This document shows, piece after piece, positions 27,632-35,822 of a DNA stretch of 64,000 nucleotides. The stretch's first letter is position 1. Each line of letters opens with the position of its first letter. A model generated the notes under the pieces. It was not told where the DNA came from and searched no databases. It worked only from the letters and a program-made list of their open reading frames with translations. The stretch lies in assembly GCA_041658625.1 (NCBI GenBank), contig JBAZZW010000001.1:761760-825759 (forward strand), written 5' to 3'. Both the position numbers and the translations under genes were made by a program. This DNA comes from Actinomycetota bacterium. Lineage in GTDB: Bacteria > Actinomycetota > JAHEXW01.

Positions 27632-28131
27632 TTTGTCTCGACGCCTGCATACTTGGCCATGTACTTGTTCCTGAAAACAGCCGCGTAGCGGCAGCGGAAA
27701 AGGCAGCTTCACGAAAGCTCATCGACAGGATTATAAAAGGACAAACCAAGGGCTGTTCACCGACAATCATGATTTCAGAGACTAAGTGGCTTATTTCGCG
27801 TTATGTTAACGCGACGATGCCGGCCGAGGTTCTTTCCCGCGCAGACGAGGTGGAGGAACTCCTGCCGCAGGTACTGGGGACGTATTTCAGGTTTATAGAC
27901 GTCGATTTCGCTATCGCGGCGCTGGCGGCCGATTTTCGCGTGGAACACTATTCAAAGAAGAATGCGTTCTCTTATAATGACGGCTTATATCTGGCAACCG
28001 CGTCGATAACCGGCTGCGAGGCACTGGTCACTACAGACAAACACCTGCTGGCGACCCAGGAGGTTCCGGTCTTTACGCCATCCGCTCTCCTCGCCAAAAA
28101 CAAAATCCCAGCAGACAAAACCGCCATCTGA
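27628..28131 (+). CDS. PIN-domain toxin
   Basis: MICLDACIL N-terminal acidic motif, NDGLYLATA and LVTTDKHL. 167 aa. Confidence 0.7.
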   Translation: MICLDACILGHVLVPENSRVAAAEKAASRKLIDRIIKGQTKGCSPTIMISETKWLISRYVNATMPAEVLSRADEVEELLPQVLGTYFRFIDVDFAIAALAADFRVEHYSKKNAFSYNDGLYLATASITGCEALVTTDKHLLATQEVPVFTPSALLAKNKIPADKTAI

Positions 28132-28290
28132 CCTTATTTCCATGAATCAGTGTTATACTTAAGCAGTAGGTTTTTTGATTGAGCTATTGGTTACCACTTC
28201 TAGGATTTTCCTTCGTCCTTTAAACCCCTGGTTCCTTTGACGAGCCTCCGCCTTCAACCGAAGGCAATGATTGTGAGGGGAGGAGAGAAT

Positions 28291-28599
28291 ATGGGAACCA
28301 GACTCTATGTAGGAAATCTATCCTACGACACCACATCCGATCAGCTCAAAGAGCTGTTCGCAACCAGTGGCGTAGTCGCGTCAGCGGACGTGGTTATGGA
28401 TCGTCAGACCGGCCGCAGCAAGGGCTTCGCGTTCATTGAAATGGGCAGCGAAGAAGCGGCGACAACGGCTATCACGGCGATGAACGAGAAAGAGCTCGAC
28501 GGTCGTAAGCTCAACGTGAACGAGGCTAAGCCTCGCGAAGAGCGCACATCCGGCGGCGGCAGCTACGGAAGCGGCAATTACAGCAGCAAACGCTTCTAG
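28291..28599 (+). CDS. RRM-type RNA-binding protein with Gly/Ser-rich tail
   Basis: RNP2 LYVGNL and RNP1 KGFAFIEM. ATG at 28291 is preceded by GGAGGAG. Paralog of 50232-50540. Confidence 0.9.
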   Translation: MGTRLYVGNLSYDTTSDQLKELFATSGVVASADVVMDRQTGRSKGFAFIEMGSEEAATTAITAMNEKELDGRKLNVNEAKPREERTSGGGSYGSGNYSSKRF

Positions 28600-28623
28600 C
28601 ATCTGCTGATTTTGTAGAACACA

Positions 28624-28670
28624 AACAGCCCCGAGGCGAGATTCACTCCCCCGGGGCTGTTTCTATTTTC
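28624..28670 (+). terminator. intrinsic terminator
   Basis: Stem aacagccccg / cggggctgtt, followed by a T-rich tract. Confidence 0.6.
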
Positions 28671-28901
28671 TAAAGAGACGAGCATACTGCTCGCGTATTC
28701 TACATAGTGCGGACAAACCCGCCCCAATATTCTTCGACCAATCTCGAGCTTGTCGAGAGGGCGTGGAGAAGTCCCCCTCCCCTGCGCGTTAGCGCTCTTC
28801 CCTAGCCGCCGGTCTTTCTTCCCTTTCACGTAGTGATCTCCCCCGACAAAGAAGGAAAAAGAACCCCTCGGATTGATTGTTCCCACCCAATTAGCTGGGT
28901 A

Positions 28902-30053
28902 CTAACCAAACAATTCTAAAAGCGCATCATATGAATAACGTCTATTTCGGCGGGCACCTGTCGTCTCCCGCACGATACCGATCTTTTCCAGCTTATCGAT
29001 GATTTTGGTCGCCGCCTGCTTGCTGATATGAAGTTTATCTACTACGTCCGGCACGGTAATTATCGGCCTCGCCAACAAGTTGTCCAATATCTCAAACGCG
29101 TAAACGCTTTCGATGCCCGCAGCCCTAATTTTTTCACGGTCAGTCTTTTGCAGTTGAATGACACGTTTCGCTGTATCGGCGGCTTGCCCGGCTGTCTCCG
29201 CGACCCCTCGTAAGAAGAATGCCACCCACTGCTCATAGTCATCTCGTACACGGACAGCCGTAAGCCGGTCATAGTACTCCTGCTGGTTATCGTTAAGAAA
29301 AGCGCTTAGATATAGCATTGGCTCGCTTAAGACTCCGCTCCAACACAGAAAAAAGGTGACCAACAGCCTGCCCACGCGGCCGTTTCCGTCCAGGAACGGA
29401 TGGATAGCCTCAAATTGGTAGTGGATGAGCGCGCATTTAACCAGTATAGGCAGGGCAATGTCCGCGTGGATGAACTTCTCCAGATCGCCCATCATTTGGA
29501 CAATATCCGTAGCCGGCGGCGGCACGTATGCTGCTTCCCGTAAGCTGGCTCCGACCGACCCGATCCAGTTCTGCGTTTTCCTAAATTCGCCGGGGATTTT
29601 ATTTTGCCCCCTGACTCCGGTCATAAGTATCTTATGAATCTCACGTAACAAACGCGAGGATAGGGGCAGCTTTTCTAATCGCTTTATTCCATGCCCCAGC
29701 GCTGCCAGATAGTTCATTACTTCTTTGGTGTCCGAGTTCTTTCTGCTTGCCCTAGCCCCGGCCTCATAATCAAGAACATCGGCTAGACTTGATTGAGTAC
29801 CCTCGATTTGCGAACTCAAGACCGCTTCTTTTTTCTCATACATCAAGATGAATAAGTCCGGATTCGGTAAGACGTAGGAGATACCGTCTAATCTGGCGAG
29901 CGCCATATCAGCATTAGATAACAGGACAAGTGATTCGTCATCTAAATGAAGTGATGGATCCGGGGGCAAGGGTGCGGGAATGAACGCCTTGTACCCGGCT
30001 GGTTGTTGAATGAGTCTTCCGCTCCGCCCGTTCATATTATCCTCCATAGTCAA
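28902..30053 (-). CDS. Fic family protein with N-terminal Fic_N region and C-terminal winged-helix
   Basis: Fic motif HPFLDGNGRVGRLL, inhibitory-helix-like SSQIEGT, and C-terminal HISKQAATKIIDKLEKIGIV. Confidence 0.9.
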   Translation of the reverse strand: MTMEDNMNGRSGRLIQQPAGYKAFIPAPLPPDPSLHLDDESLVLLSNADMALARLDGISYVLPNPDLFILMYEKKEAVLSSQIEGTQSSLADVLDYEAGARASRKNSDTKEVMNYLAALGHGIKRLEKLPLSSRLLREIHKILMTGVRGQNKIPGEFRKTQNWIGSVGASLREAAYVPPPATDIVQMMGDLEKFIHADIALPILVKCALIHYQFEAIHPFLDGNGRVGRLLVTFFLCWSGVLSEPMLYLSAFLNDNQQEYYDRLTAVRVRDDYEQWVAFFLRGVAETAGQAADTAKRVIQLQKTDREKIRAAGIESVYAFEILDNLLARPIITVPDVVDKLHISKQAATKIIDKLEKIGIVRETTGARRNRRYSYDALLELFG

Positions 30054-30126
30054 GCGCTAGTGACTAAGACGCGGCCCTTTAATGACATGGTCAACTTATA
30101 TTGACTATGATAGCAACGTTAAGAGA

Positions 30127-30150
30127 TATAGTCAACGTTGGTTGACTATA
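30127..30150. promoter_or_regulatory. 10-bp inverted repeat upstream of the Fic gene (candidate operator)
   Basis: tatagtcaac gttg gttgactata. A related gtcaa..ttgac element lies at about 30090-30106. About 75 nt upstream of the minus-strand Fic start. Confidence 0.4.
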
Positions 30151-30376
30151 GTAAGACAACAGACTCGCAAGTCGTGTAGATCCTACAATAGTGCGGGCAA
30201 CCCCGCCCCAATAATTTCCCTCCCTTGGAATCTCGCCAATTATTCTTCGAGCGAGGAGCTTCAGCGACTAGTCGAGAAGCGAGGGTGCCGCTTGCCAACT
30301 CTTCCCATTGACATACGAACATGTGTTTGGTAGTGTTGTGGCATAATAGAAACATTGGAGAATACGGGACGCTTTA

Positions 30377-30907
30377 ATGAATAAAGAAATCACATCAGTC
30401 GAACTAAAGAGCATTGCGGGTATGGTTCATTTTATCCGCGACCAACGTGTTATGTTGAGCATGGATTTAGCAGAACTCTACGGCGTCGAAACTAAAGTCT
30501 TAATGCAAGCGGTCAAAAGAAATATTGACCGATTCCCACCCGATTTTATGTTTCAACTGAATGATGAAGAATATTCAATCTTGAAGTCACAATTTGTGAC
30601 TTCAAGTTGGGGAGGGGCTCGGCGAGCGAACCCATATGCATTCACTGAGCAAGGCATAGCGATGCTTTCTGGCATATTGAACAGCCCACGTGCCGTTGCT
30701 GTAAATATTGCGATAATGCGCGCTTTTGTTCAAATGCGAAGAGTGCTTGAACAAAACGCTGAGCTTCTCAGCAAGATTGATGATCTGGAGCATAAGTACT
30801 CAGACCACGATGAGAAAATCCATGTGATATTTGCTGCAATCCGAGAGCTTATGACTCCTCCGGAGACGCCCAGACGTCCGATTGGATTTGGCGAAAACGC
30901 GCAATAG
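30377..30907 (+). CDS. ORF6N-domain DNA-binding protein
   Basis: IRDQRVMLSMDLAELYGVETKVLMQAVKRNIDRFPPDFMFQL...NPYAFTEQGIAMLSGILNS is the ORF6N pattern. Confidence 0.8.
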   Translation: MNKEITSVELKSIAGMVHFIRDQRVMLSMDLAELYGVETKVLMQAVKRNIDRFPPDFMFQLNDEEYSILKSQFVTSSWGGARRANPYAFTEQGIAMLSGILNSPRAVAVNIAIMRAFVQMRRVLEQNAELLSKIDDLEHKYSDHDEKIHVIFAAIRELMTPPETPRRPIGFGENAQ

Positions 30908-31335
30908 CGCGGACAATCCCGCCCCCATATTTCCCTCCTATGAATTCCTTCTACAAATATTCTTCGAGCGAGCGTAGCGAGTGGAGAAGTTCCCTCTCCC
31001 CCGCGGGCCTGCCTGCCGGTAGGCAGGGAACTGACACGCTACTTTCTTTACCAACTAATTCACGTGCGTGGTGGATCAAGAACCAAGAACAGAAACAAAA
31101 ACAGGAACAAAATCCCCTCAGATTGATTGTCCCCACCCACCCAATTGATTGGCGACCCCGGTCACGTTCATTACCGTTGAAAAACGTAGTACTTGAGCTT
31201 GACAAATATAGGCAATGACATCGTAACGTAATTGTTGTTAAACAATAATGACATTACGAGGATATATGATTGTCCCCACCCACCCCTATTAAGAGACTCG
31301 CCGAATAAAATGCTCGAATTCTCATAAGACAAGGT

Positions 31336-31374
31336 CACAGTTTTAAGGTCACAATTTGTGACCTTAAAACTGTG
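31336..31374. repeat. 39-nt perfect palindrome (19-nt arms, 1-nt centre)
   Basis: cacagttttaaggtcacaa t ttgtgaccttaaaactgtg. Same core as the palindrome inside the ORF6N genes at 30580-30606 and about 31655-31683. Confidence 0.9.
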
Positions 31375-31557
31375 AACAGCAGAGAAAGTCATGATTGAGG
31401 TACCAATTTGGCACCTCAAAGACTGTGAACTGCGAGAAGAAAAGGTGGTCGCAAAATGCGACCACGTATAAACTCACATGCCGCTAGCAGAAACAGAAAC
31501 CAAACCCTAGGCAGCCAGAGAACTCAGACGAAAATCGTCATCCTAAGGAGGCGCGCA

Positions 31558-31954
31558 GGCGTTGACACAAAAGTCCTTATGCAGGCGGTCAGGCGCAACA
31601 TAGAAAGGTTCCCGAATGATTTCATGTTCCAGCTTACTGAGCAGGAGATTAAAGATTTAAGATCACAAATTGTGACTTTAAATCTTGCTACAACGAGATG
31701 ATCAAACCCATACGCGTTTACAGAGCAGGGTGTCGCAACCGAAGCAGAAACCAAAACCAGAAGCAGGCAGAGAAGCGTCATCCCGAGCGACCCCACAAAT
31801 GCTGCGAGGGAACTGACACGCCACCCACTATCCAGGAAGAATCGTGTATGGTGGATCAGACCACGACGAAAAGATCCAAGTGATATTCGCGGCAATCCGC
31901 GAACTAATGACTCCGCCGGAACCATCCAGGCCACCGATTGGATTTGGTGATTAA
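31558..31954 (+). pseudogene. degraded ORF6N-domain gene
   Basis: Encodes GVDTKVLMQAVRRNIERFPNDFMFQL...LRSQIVT, then a stop and frameshift, then NPYAFTEQGVA (other frame), then about 120 nt of unrelated repeat, then HDEKIQVIFAAIRELMTPPEPSRPPIGFGD-stop. Collinear with 30377-30907. Confidence 0.7.
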
Positions 31955-31965
31955 TGAATAACGTA

Positions 31966-32037
31966 GGGGAGAATGAAAAAGGCGGGGAGAAAAGGGAGAA
32001 TGTTTGAAGATGGGGAGAAAGAAGAAAGAAGGGAGAA
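31966..32037 (+). repeat. array of five GGGAGAA heptamers
   Basis: GGGAGAA begins at 31967, 31985, 31994, 32013 and 32031. Confidence 0.8.
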
Positions 32038-32113
32038 AGTTTGCGGCCTGGCCAATTGAGGCATAGAATGATAATTGGAAGACTAGATAGAATGACGATT
32101 AAGGACATAGCAA

Positions 32114-32323
32114 ATGACTAAGAGCGAAGTTGCAGAACTCAGAAAGCTTGATAGAAAGATTCTCAAAGAATTCCGCGGTAAATGGGTCGCGAGAGACGGA
32201 TTAAAGATTGTGGCCGTCGCCGACTCTCTGCAAGACGTGCTCAAGACCGCGCGCGCCAAGGGTGTCAAGAAACCTATAGTCAGGCAAGTTCCCGAAGAAA
32301 CGCGCCGCTACTCGTTCTACTAA
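32114..32323 (+). CDS. small protein, possible partner/antitoxin of the downstream aspartic protease (DUF5678-like, tentative)
   Basis: 69-aa ORF. FRGKWVARDGLKIVAVADSLQDVLKTARAKG resembles small proteins I recall paired with retropepsin-like genes. TAATG overlap with the next gene. Confidence 0.5.
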   Translation: MTKSEVAELRKLDRKILKEFRGKWVARDGLKIVAVADSLQDVLKTARAKGVKKPIVRQVPEETRRYSFY

Positions 32324-32769
32324 TGCCCGTTCAGCCACAGGACAAGCCGTTCATCAGACAGTCTTATCGTCCGCTCTTCGGACCGACGCTTGTTCCGACG
32401 ATTACTCTGTCTTTACGCCTTTCCCGCCGGCCCTCCAAGATCATCACTGTCGACTGTCTGTTGGATTCAGGCGCGGACCAATCAATTATGAGTTTTGAAA
32501 TCGCCGAAGCATTGGGTTTGCGGCGAAACCAAGCCTCAGTAGAACGCGGTGAGGGATTCGGTGGCCAGTTCAGGATGATGACTTTTCAGGGAGAAGACTT
32601 CATTGGTTCTGTGTCTGATGACGGATCGGAACATCGCTTTGGTATGAGTCCAAGATTTCATGAACCGGGGATGAAGTCGATGCAGGTCCTAGGCCGTTTG
32701 GATTTCTTTAAGGCTTTCTCGCATATCGAAATCCACGAGCGCGGGAAGTATCTAGATTTATATCCATAA
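32323..32769 (+). CDS. retropepsin-like aspartic protease
   Basis: LLDSGADQSIM is the D(S/T)GA active-site motif of the retroviral-type aspartyl protease fold. ATG at 32323 is used rather than the tracked 32182, which would overlap the whole upstream gene. Confidence 0.7.
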   Translation: MPVQPQDKPFIRQSYRPLFGPTLVPTITLSLRLSRRPSKIITVDCLLDSGADQSIMSFEIAEALGLRRNQASVERGEGFGGQFRMMTFQGEDFIGSVSDDGSEHRFGMSPRFHEPGMKSMQVLGRLDFFKAFSHIEIHERGKYLDLYP

Positions 32770-32803
32770 ACATATATTTTTCCTCCCTCGACCTCCAATC
32801 CGC

Positions 32804-32977
32804 TTCTCCATGGTTCTTGTTCTTTCACCCTGCCGTTAATCATTTCTCCCTAGTTGCCAATCTTCTTCTCCCCGACCCCCGACTTGTCTCCCTGTCTCCA
32901 GATCATTCTCCCCTGAATCTCTGATTCTTCTCCCCATCCACTAAGTTCTTTCTCCCTAACCCCCGAAACATTCTCCC
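32804..32977 (+). repeat. phased array of TTCTCCC heptamers (reverse complement of GGGAGAA), period about 21 bp
   Basis: TTCTCCC or a 1-mismatch variant at 32804, 32844, 32866, 32886, 32906, 32928, 32950 and 32971. Spacings from 32844 onward are 22, 20, 20, 22, 22 and 21 bp. Confidence 0.85.
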
Positions 32978-33422
32978 TTGTTTAACGACTGGCGCAAGCG
33001 GATGCTACTTATAGTCCGTGGTAATATATTCCTCTTTTCCATGATTATGTGGGCGGAGGGGATATGCCAAATTACACGGATGAACAGAAACAAGAGGCAG
33101 ACAGAGAAACGTCACCCTGGGGCGAAGGCAGCCAGAGAATCGTCATCCCGAGTGACCCCGCAGATGCTGCGAGGGAACTCAGACGGAGCTTTCACTCCAG
33201 CTAAAATCGTGCCCTGAAGATCAAACATGAATCCAGGAAGAATCTTGCGTGGTGGAGCAGAAACAAGAACATCAAATGATTCGTGTTTGGTGGATCGGAA
33301 ACAAGAACCAGTAGGTTGAAAGGCAAGACTTGACGCCTTTAATAGAAGTAATTCGGCGACGCAATAAAGACAGAATGAACTTTTCTTGTTAGTATTTGCA
33401 TTAATACGGCGCGTGTCTTGGT

Positions 33423-33446
33423 TTGATCAAATATATGTTTGATCAA
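33423..33446 (+). promoter_or_regulatory. two TTGATCAA palindromes 16 bp apart upstream of the five-gene operon (candidate operator/promoter region)
   Basis: ttgatcaa at 33423-33430 and 33439-33446, in AT-rich DNA about 60-80 nt upstream of the ATG at 33504. Confidence 0.3.
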
Positions 33447-33503
33447 TTTAGACAAAGAAGACAAGTTGGCTAAAGCTTGTTAGTTTAAGAATATTGGAGT
33501 TGC

Positions 33504-35615
33504 ATGAGTCTTCGAGATATTGAGTTTAAGCCTTCATACTCGTCTGATTCAGATGATATTCTCAATGAGTTTTATATTCCCGCGCTTCAAGAATCAGTTC
33601 TATATAGAAGATTGGCCGGCTACTATTCCTCGACAAGTCTAGCTATTGCGGCAAAAGGAATTCTCGGGCTTCTTAAGAGTGGCGGGTCAATGCAGATGGT
33701 GATCTCTGCAGAGCTAAATCAGCAGGATATGGATGCAATACGATCGGCTACGGAGACGCCAGAACAAATATTTGCACAAGTAATTATTGATGACCTAAAT
33801 AATCTTAAAGACTTACTAGTGTATGAACATATAAAGGCACTTGGGTGGCTTCTCGCAAATAATAGACTCGAAATAAAAGTCGCTGTACCCCGCGCCGATG
33901 GCATTTTTCATCCAAAAATAGGTGTTTTCAACGACCGGCAAGACAATATAGTAACTTTTAGCGGCTCAATAAATGAGAGTGCCATGGGCTGGAAAGGGAA
34001 TGATGAGTTTTTTAAATCGTTTGTAAGTTGGAAACCAGAGGATTCATCAAGACTTCATGCAGACATTGATGAGTTTAATAAGTACTGGAACAACACAGCA
34101 AAGCGAAGTCAAATTGTTGATGCTCCAATTGCCTTAAGGAACAAGATTGTTTCTTTGGCGCCATCTAGTTCAAACGCCAAAGACCTTGAAGTCCTATACA
34201 AATCACTCCAAGAAGAAGAACATATAGATTTACAAAAAGATGAGGAAAAACCGCCAATAAAACTTCGTGATTATCAGAAAGATGCAGTGCTTAGTTGGCA
34301 AAATAACAAGAATATTGGAATATTTGAAATGGCTACTGGAACAGGAAAGACACGGGCCGCCTTAGCTTGCATGGATAGCTTGATCCGAAAAGACAAGACA
34401 CAGAATTTATTCATTGTTGTATGTCCATCGAATCAACTAATCGTCCAATGGATTGACCAGGTAGATGAATTGGTCGCGATTGACGGACCTGTAATTATTG
34501 CAGATAGCACAAATCCAAAATGGAAAGATGATGTAGCTGATAGGCTTGTCGACTTCAACCAAACGCGATATAGAAATATCTTGATTGTGACAACATACAG
34601 TACTTTCTCATCAAGCCGATTCCACAAAATGGTTCAAGAGGCTAGTGGAGAATCAGTCTTCCTAATTGCAGATGAAGTCCATAATCTAGGGGCTCCAAAG
34701 TTTAAAAAGGGAATCGACGAGTATTATAAGAAAAGGCTCGGCTTAAGCGCAACACCTAAGCGCTGGTTCGACGATACTGGCACAAGTGAGATTTATGATT
34801 ACTTTGGCGGCGAAGTCTTTTCCTTTAGCTTGGGCGATGCTGTTACACAGATAAATCCAGAAACCGAAAGAACATATCTTACCCCATATAGATATTTCCC
34901 TTCTTTCATATATCTAACAGACCAAGAGACTAGCGAATACCTAGAGCTGTCAAAAACGATTGCTCGACTTCAGGGCATTAAATCAGATTCAGGGGACGAG
35001 CAAGTAACCTCAATTGAAAGATTGCTCTTCAAAAGAGCCAATATAATAAAAAACGCGGTTAACAAACTCCAAGCGCTCGATGAAATAATCAGAAATATCA
35101 ATCCAGATCTTACAGGCACCCTTATTTATGTAAGTCCCCAACAGATTCAAGAGGTAATGCAGATGCTTGGCGCCTCATCGATTCGTGCGCAAAGATTCAC
35201 GATGGAGAAAGGCACAAAGAAAGAGAAAAAGTATGGTGGCAAATCAGAAAGAAGCTATCTTTTGGAAAACTTCTCGAAAGGTAAATTTCAGGTCTTGGTT
35301 GCTATGAAATGCTTAGATGAGGGAGTTGATATTGCCGAAGCAAGAACTGCAATCTTTCTATCAAGCTCAGGTAACCCAAGAGAATACATTCAAAGAATAG
35401 GAAGAGTACTAAGAAGGTGCTCGGGAAAAGAAAGCGCATCTATTTATGACATTATTGCTTTGCCCAAGAAAGGGCAAGTACCAAAAGAAATGAAAGATAT
35501 TGAAGAAAAGATGATTAGGAGAGAGCTGAAAAGGTATATTGAAATTGCGAGGACCGCACTAAACAACGGCGAGGCAATTGCGGCAATTTCAAAGATATAT
35601 GAACAGTATAAGTAG
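33504..35615 (+). CDS. HKD (PLD-family) nuclease domain fused to an SF2 DEAD/DEAH-type (type III Res-like) helicase
   Basis: N-terminus: YRRLAGYYSSTS, then a single HKD-like motif FHPKIGVFND...FSGSINES (H at 33909). Helicase: LRDYQKDAV, Walker A MATGTGKT, motif II IADEVHNLG, motif III LSATPKR, motif VI QRIGRVLRR. Confidence 0.85.
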   Translation: MSLRDIEFKPSYSSDSDDILNEFYIPALQESVLYRRLAGYYSSTSLAIAAKGILGLLKSGGSMQMVISAELNQQDMDAIRSATETPEQIFAQVIIDDLNNLKDLLVYEHIKALGWLLANNRLEIKVAVPRADGIFHPKIGVFNDRQDNIVTFSGSINESAMGWKGNDEFFKSFVSWKPEDSSRLHADIDEFNKYWNNTAKRSQIVDAPIALRNKIVSLAPSSSNAKDLEVLYKSLQEEEHIDLQKDEEKPPIKLRDYQKDAVLSWQNNKNIGIFEMATGTGKTRAALACMDSLIRKDKTQNLFIVVCPSNQLIVQWIDQVDELVAIDGPVIIADSTNPKWKDDVADRLVDFNQTRYRNILIVTTYSTFSSSRFHKMVQEASGESVFLIADEVHNLGAPKFKKGIDEYYKKRLGLSATPKRWFDDTGTSEIYDYFGGEVFSFSLGDAVTQINPETERTYLTPYRYFPSFIYLTDQETSEYLELSKTIARLQGIKSDSGDEQVTSIERLLFKRANIIKNAVNKLQALDEIIRNINPDLTGTLIYVSPQQIQEVMQMLGASSIRAQRFTMEKGTKKEKKYGGKSERSYLLENFSKGKFQVLVAMKCLDEGVDIAEARTAIFLSSSGNPREYIQRIGRVLRRCSGKESASIYDIIALPKKGQVPKEMKDIEEKMIRRELKRYIEIARTALNNGEAIAAISKIYEQYK

Positions 35616-35624
35616 GGGGCGTTC

Positions 35625-35822
35625 GTGGATAATGAAGGTATGTACGAAAAGATAATTAATGAATTGCAGAAGCAATGCAAAGACGAGCCAGAGATTGGAT
35701 TCCTGCTGATCAAATTGCTTGCAGAAGAAGCTGACCGTCCGAGAACGGCGCAGTGGAAAGCCTCATATGAGAAATTAATTAGGAGCACCAGGGATCGATT
35801 GGAAAAAGCCAATGAGAATTGA
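35625..35822 (+). CDS. small helical hypothetical protein (operon member)
   Basis: Starts 10 nt after the helicase stop (GTG 35625, or ATG 35640). Overlaps the start of the next gene by 11 nt. Shares the AT-rich composition of its neighbours. Confidence 0.5.
   Translation: MDNEGMYEKIINELQKQCKDEPEIGFLLIKLLAEEADRPRTAQWKASYEKLIRSTRDRLEKANEN

Noticed and set aside
31524-32108. 194-aa minus-strand ORF spanning the ORF6N pseudogene and the heptamer array.
   Set aside because: It is read through repeat DNA and the opposite strand of a recognisable pseudogene. The product is Ser/Leu/Phe low-complexity sequence, and there is no RBS.
32182-32322. N-terminal extension of the aspartic protease ORF (tracked start 32182).
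   Set aside because: It would completely overlap the 69-aa upstream ORF in another frame. The TAATG junction at 32321-32325 gives a classic coupled start.
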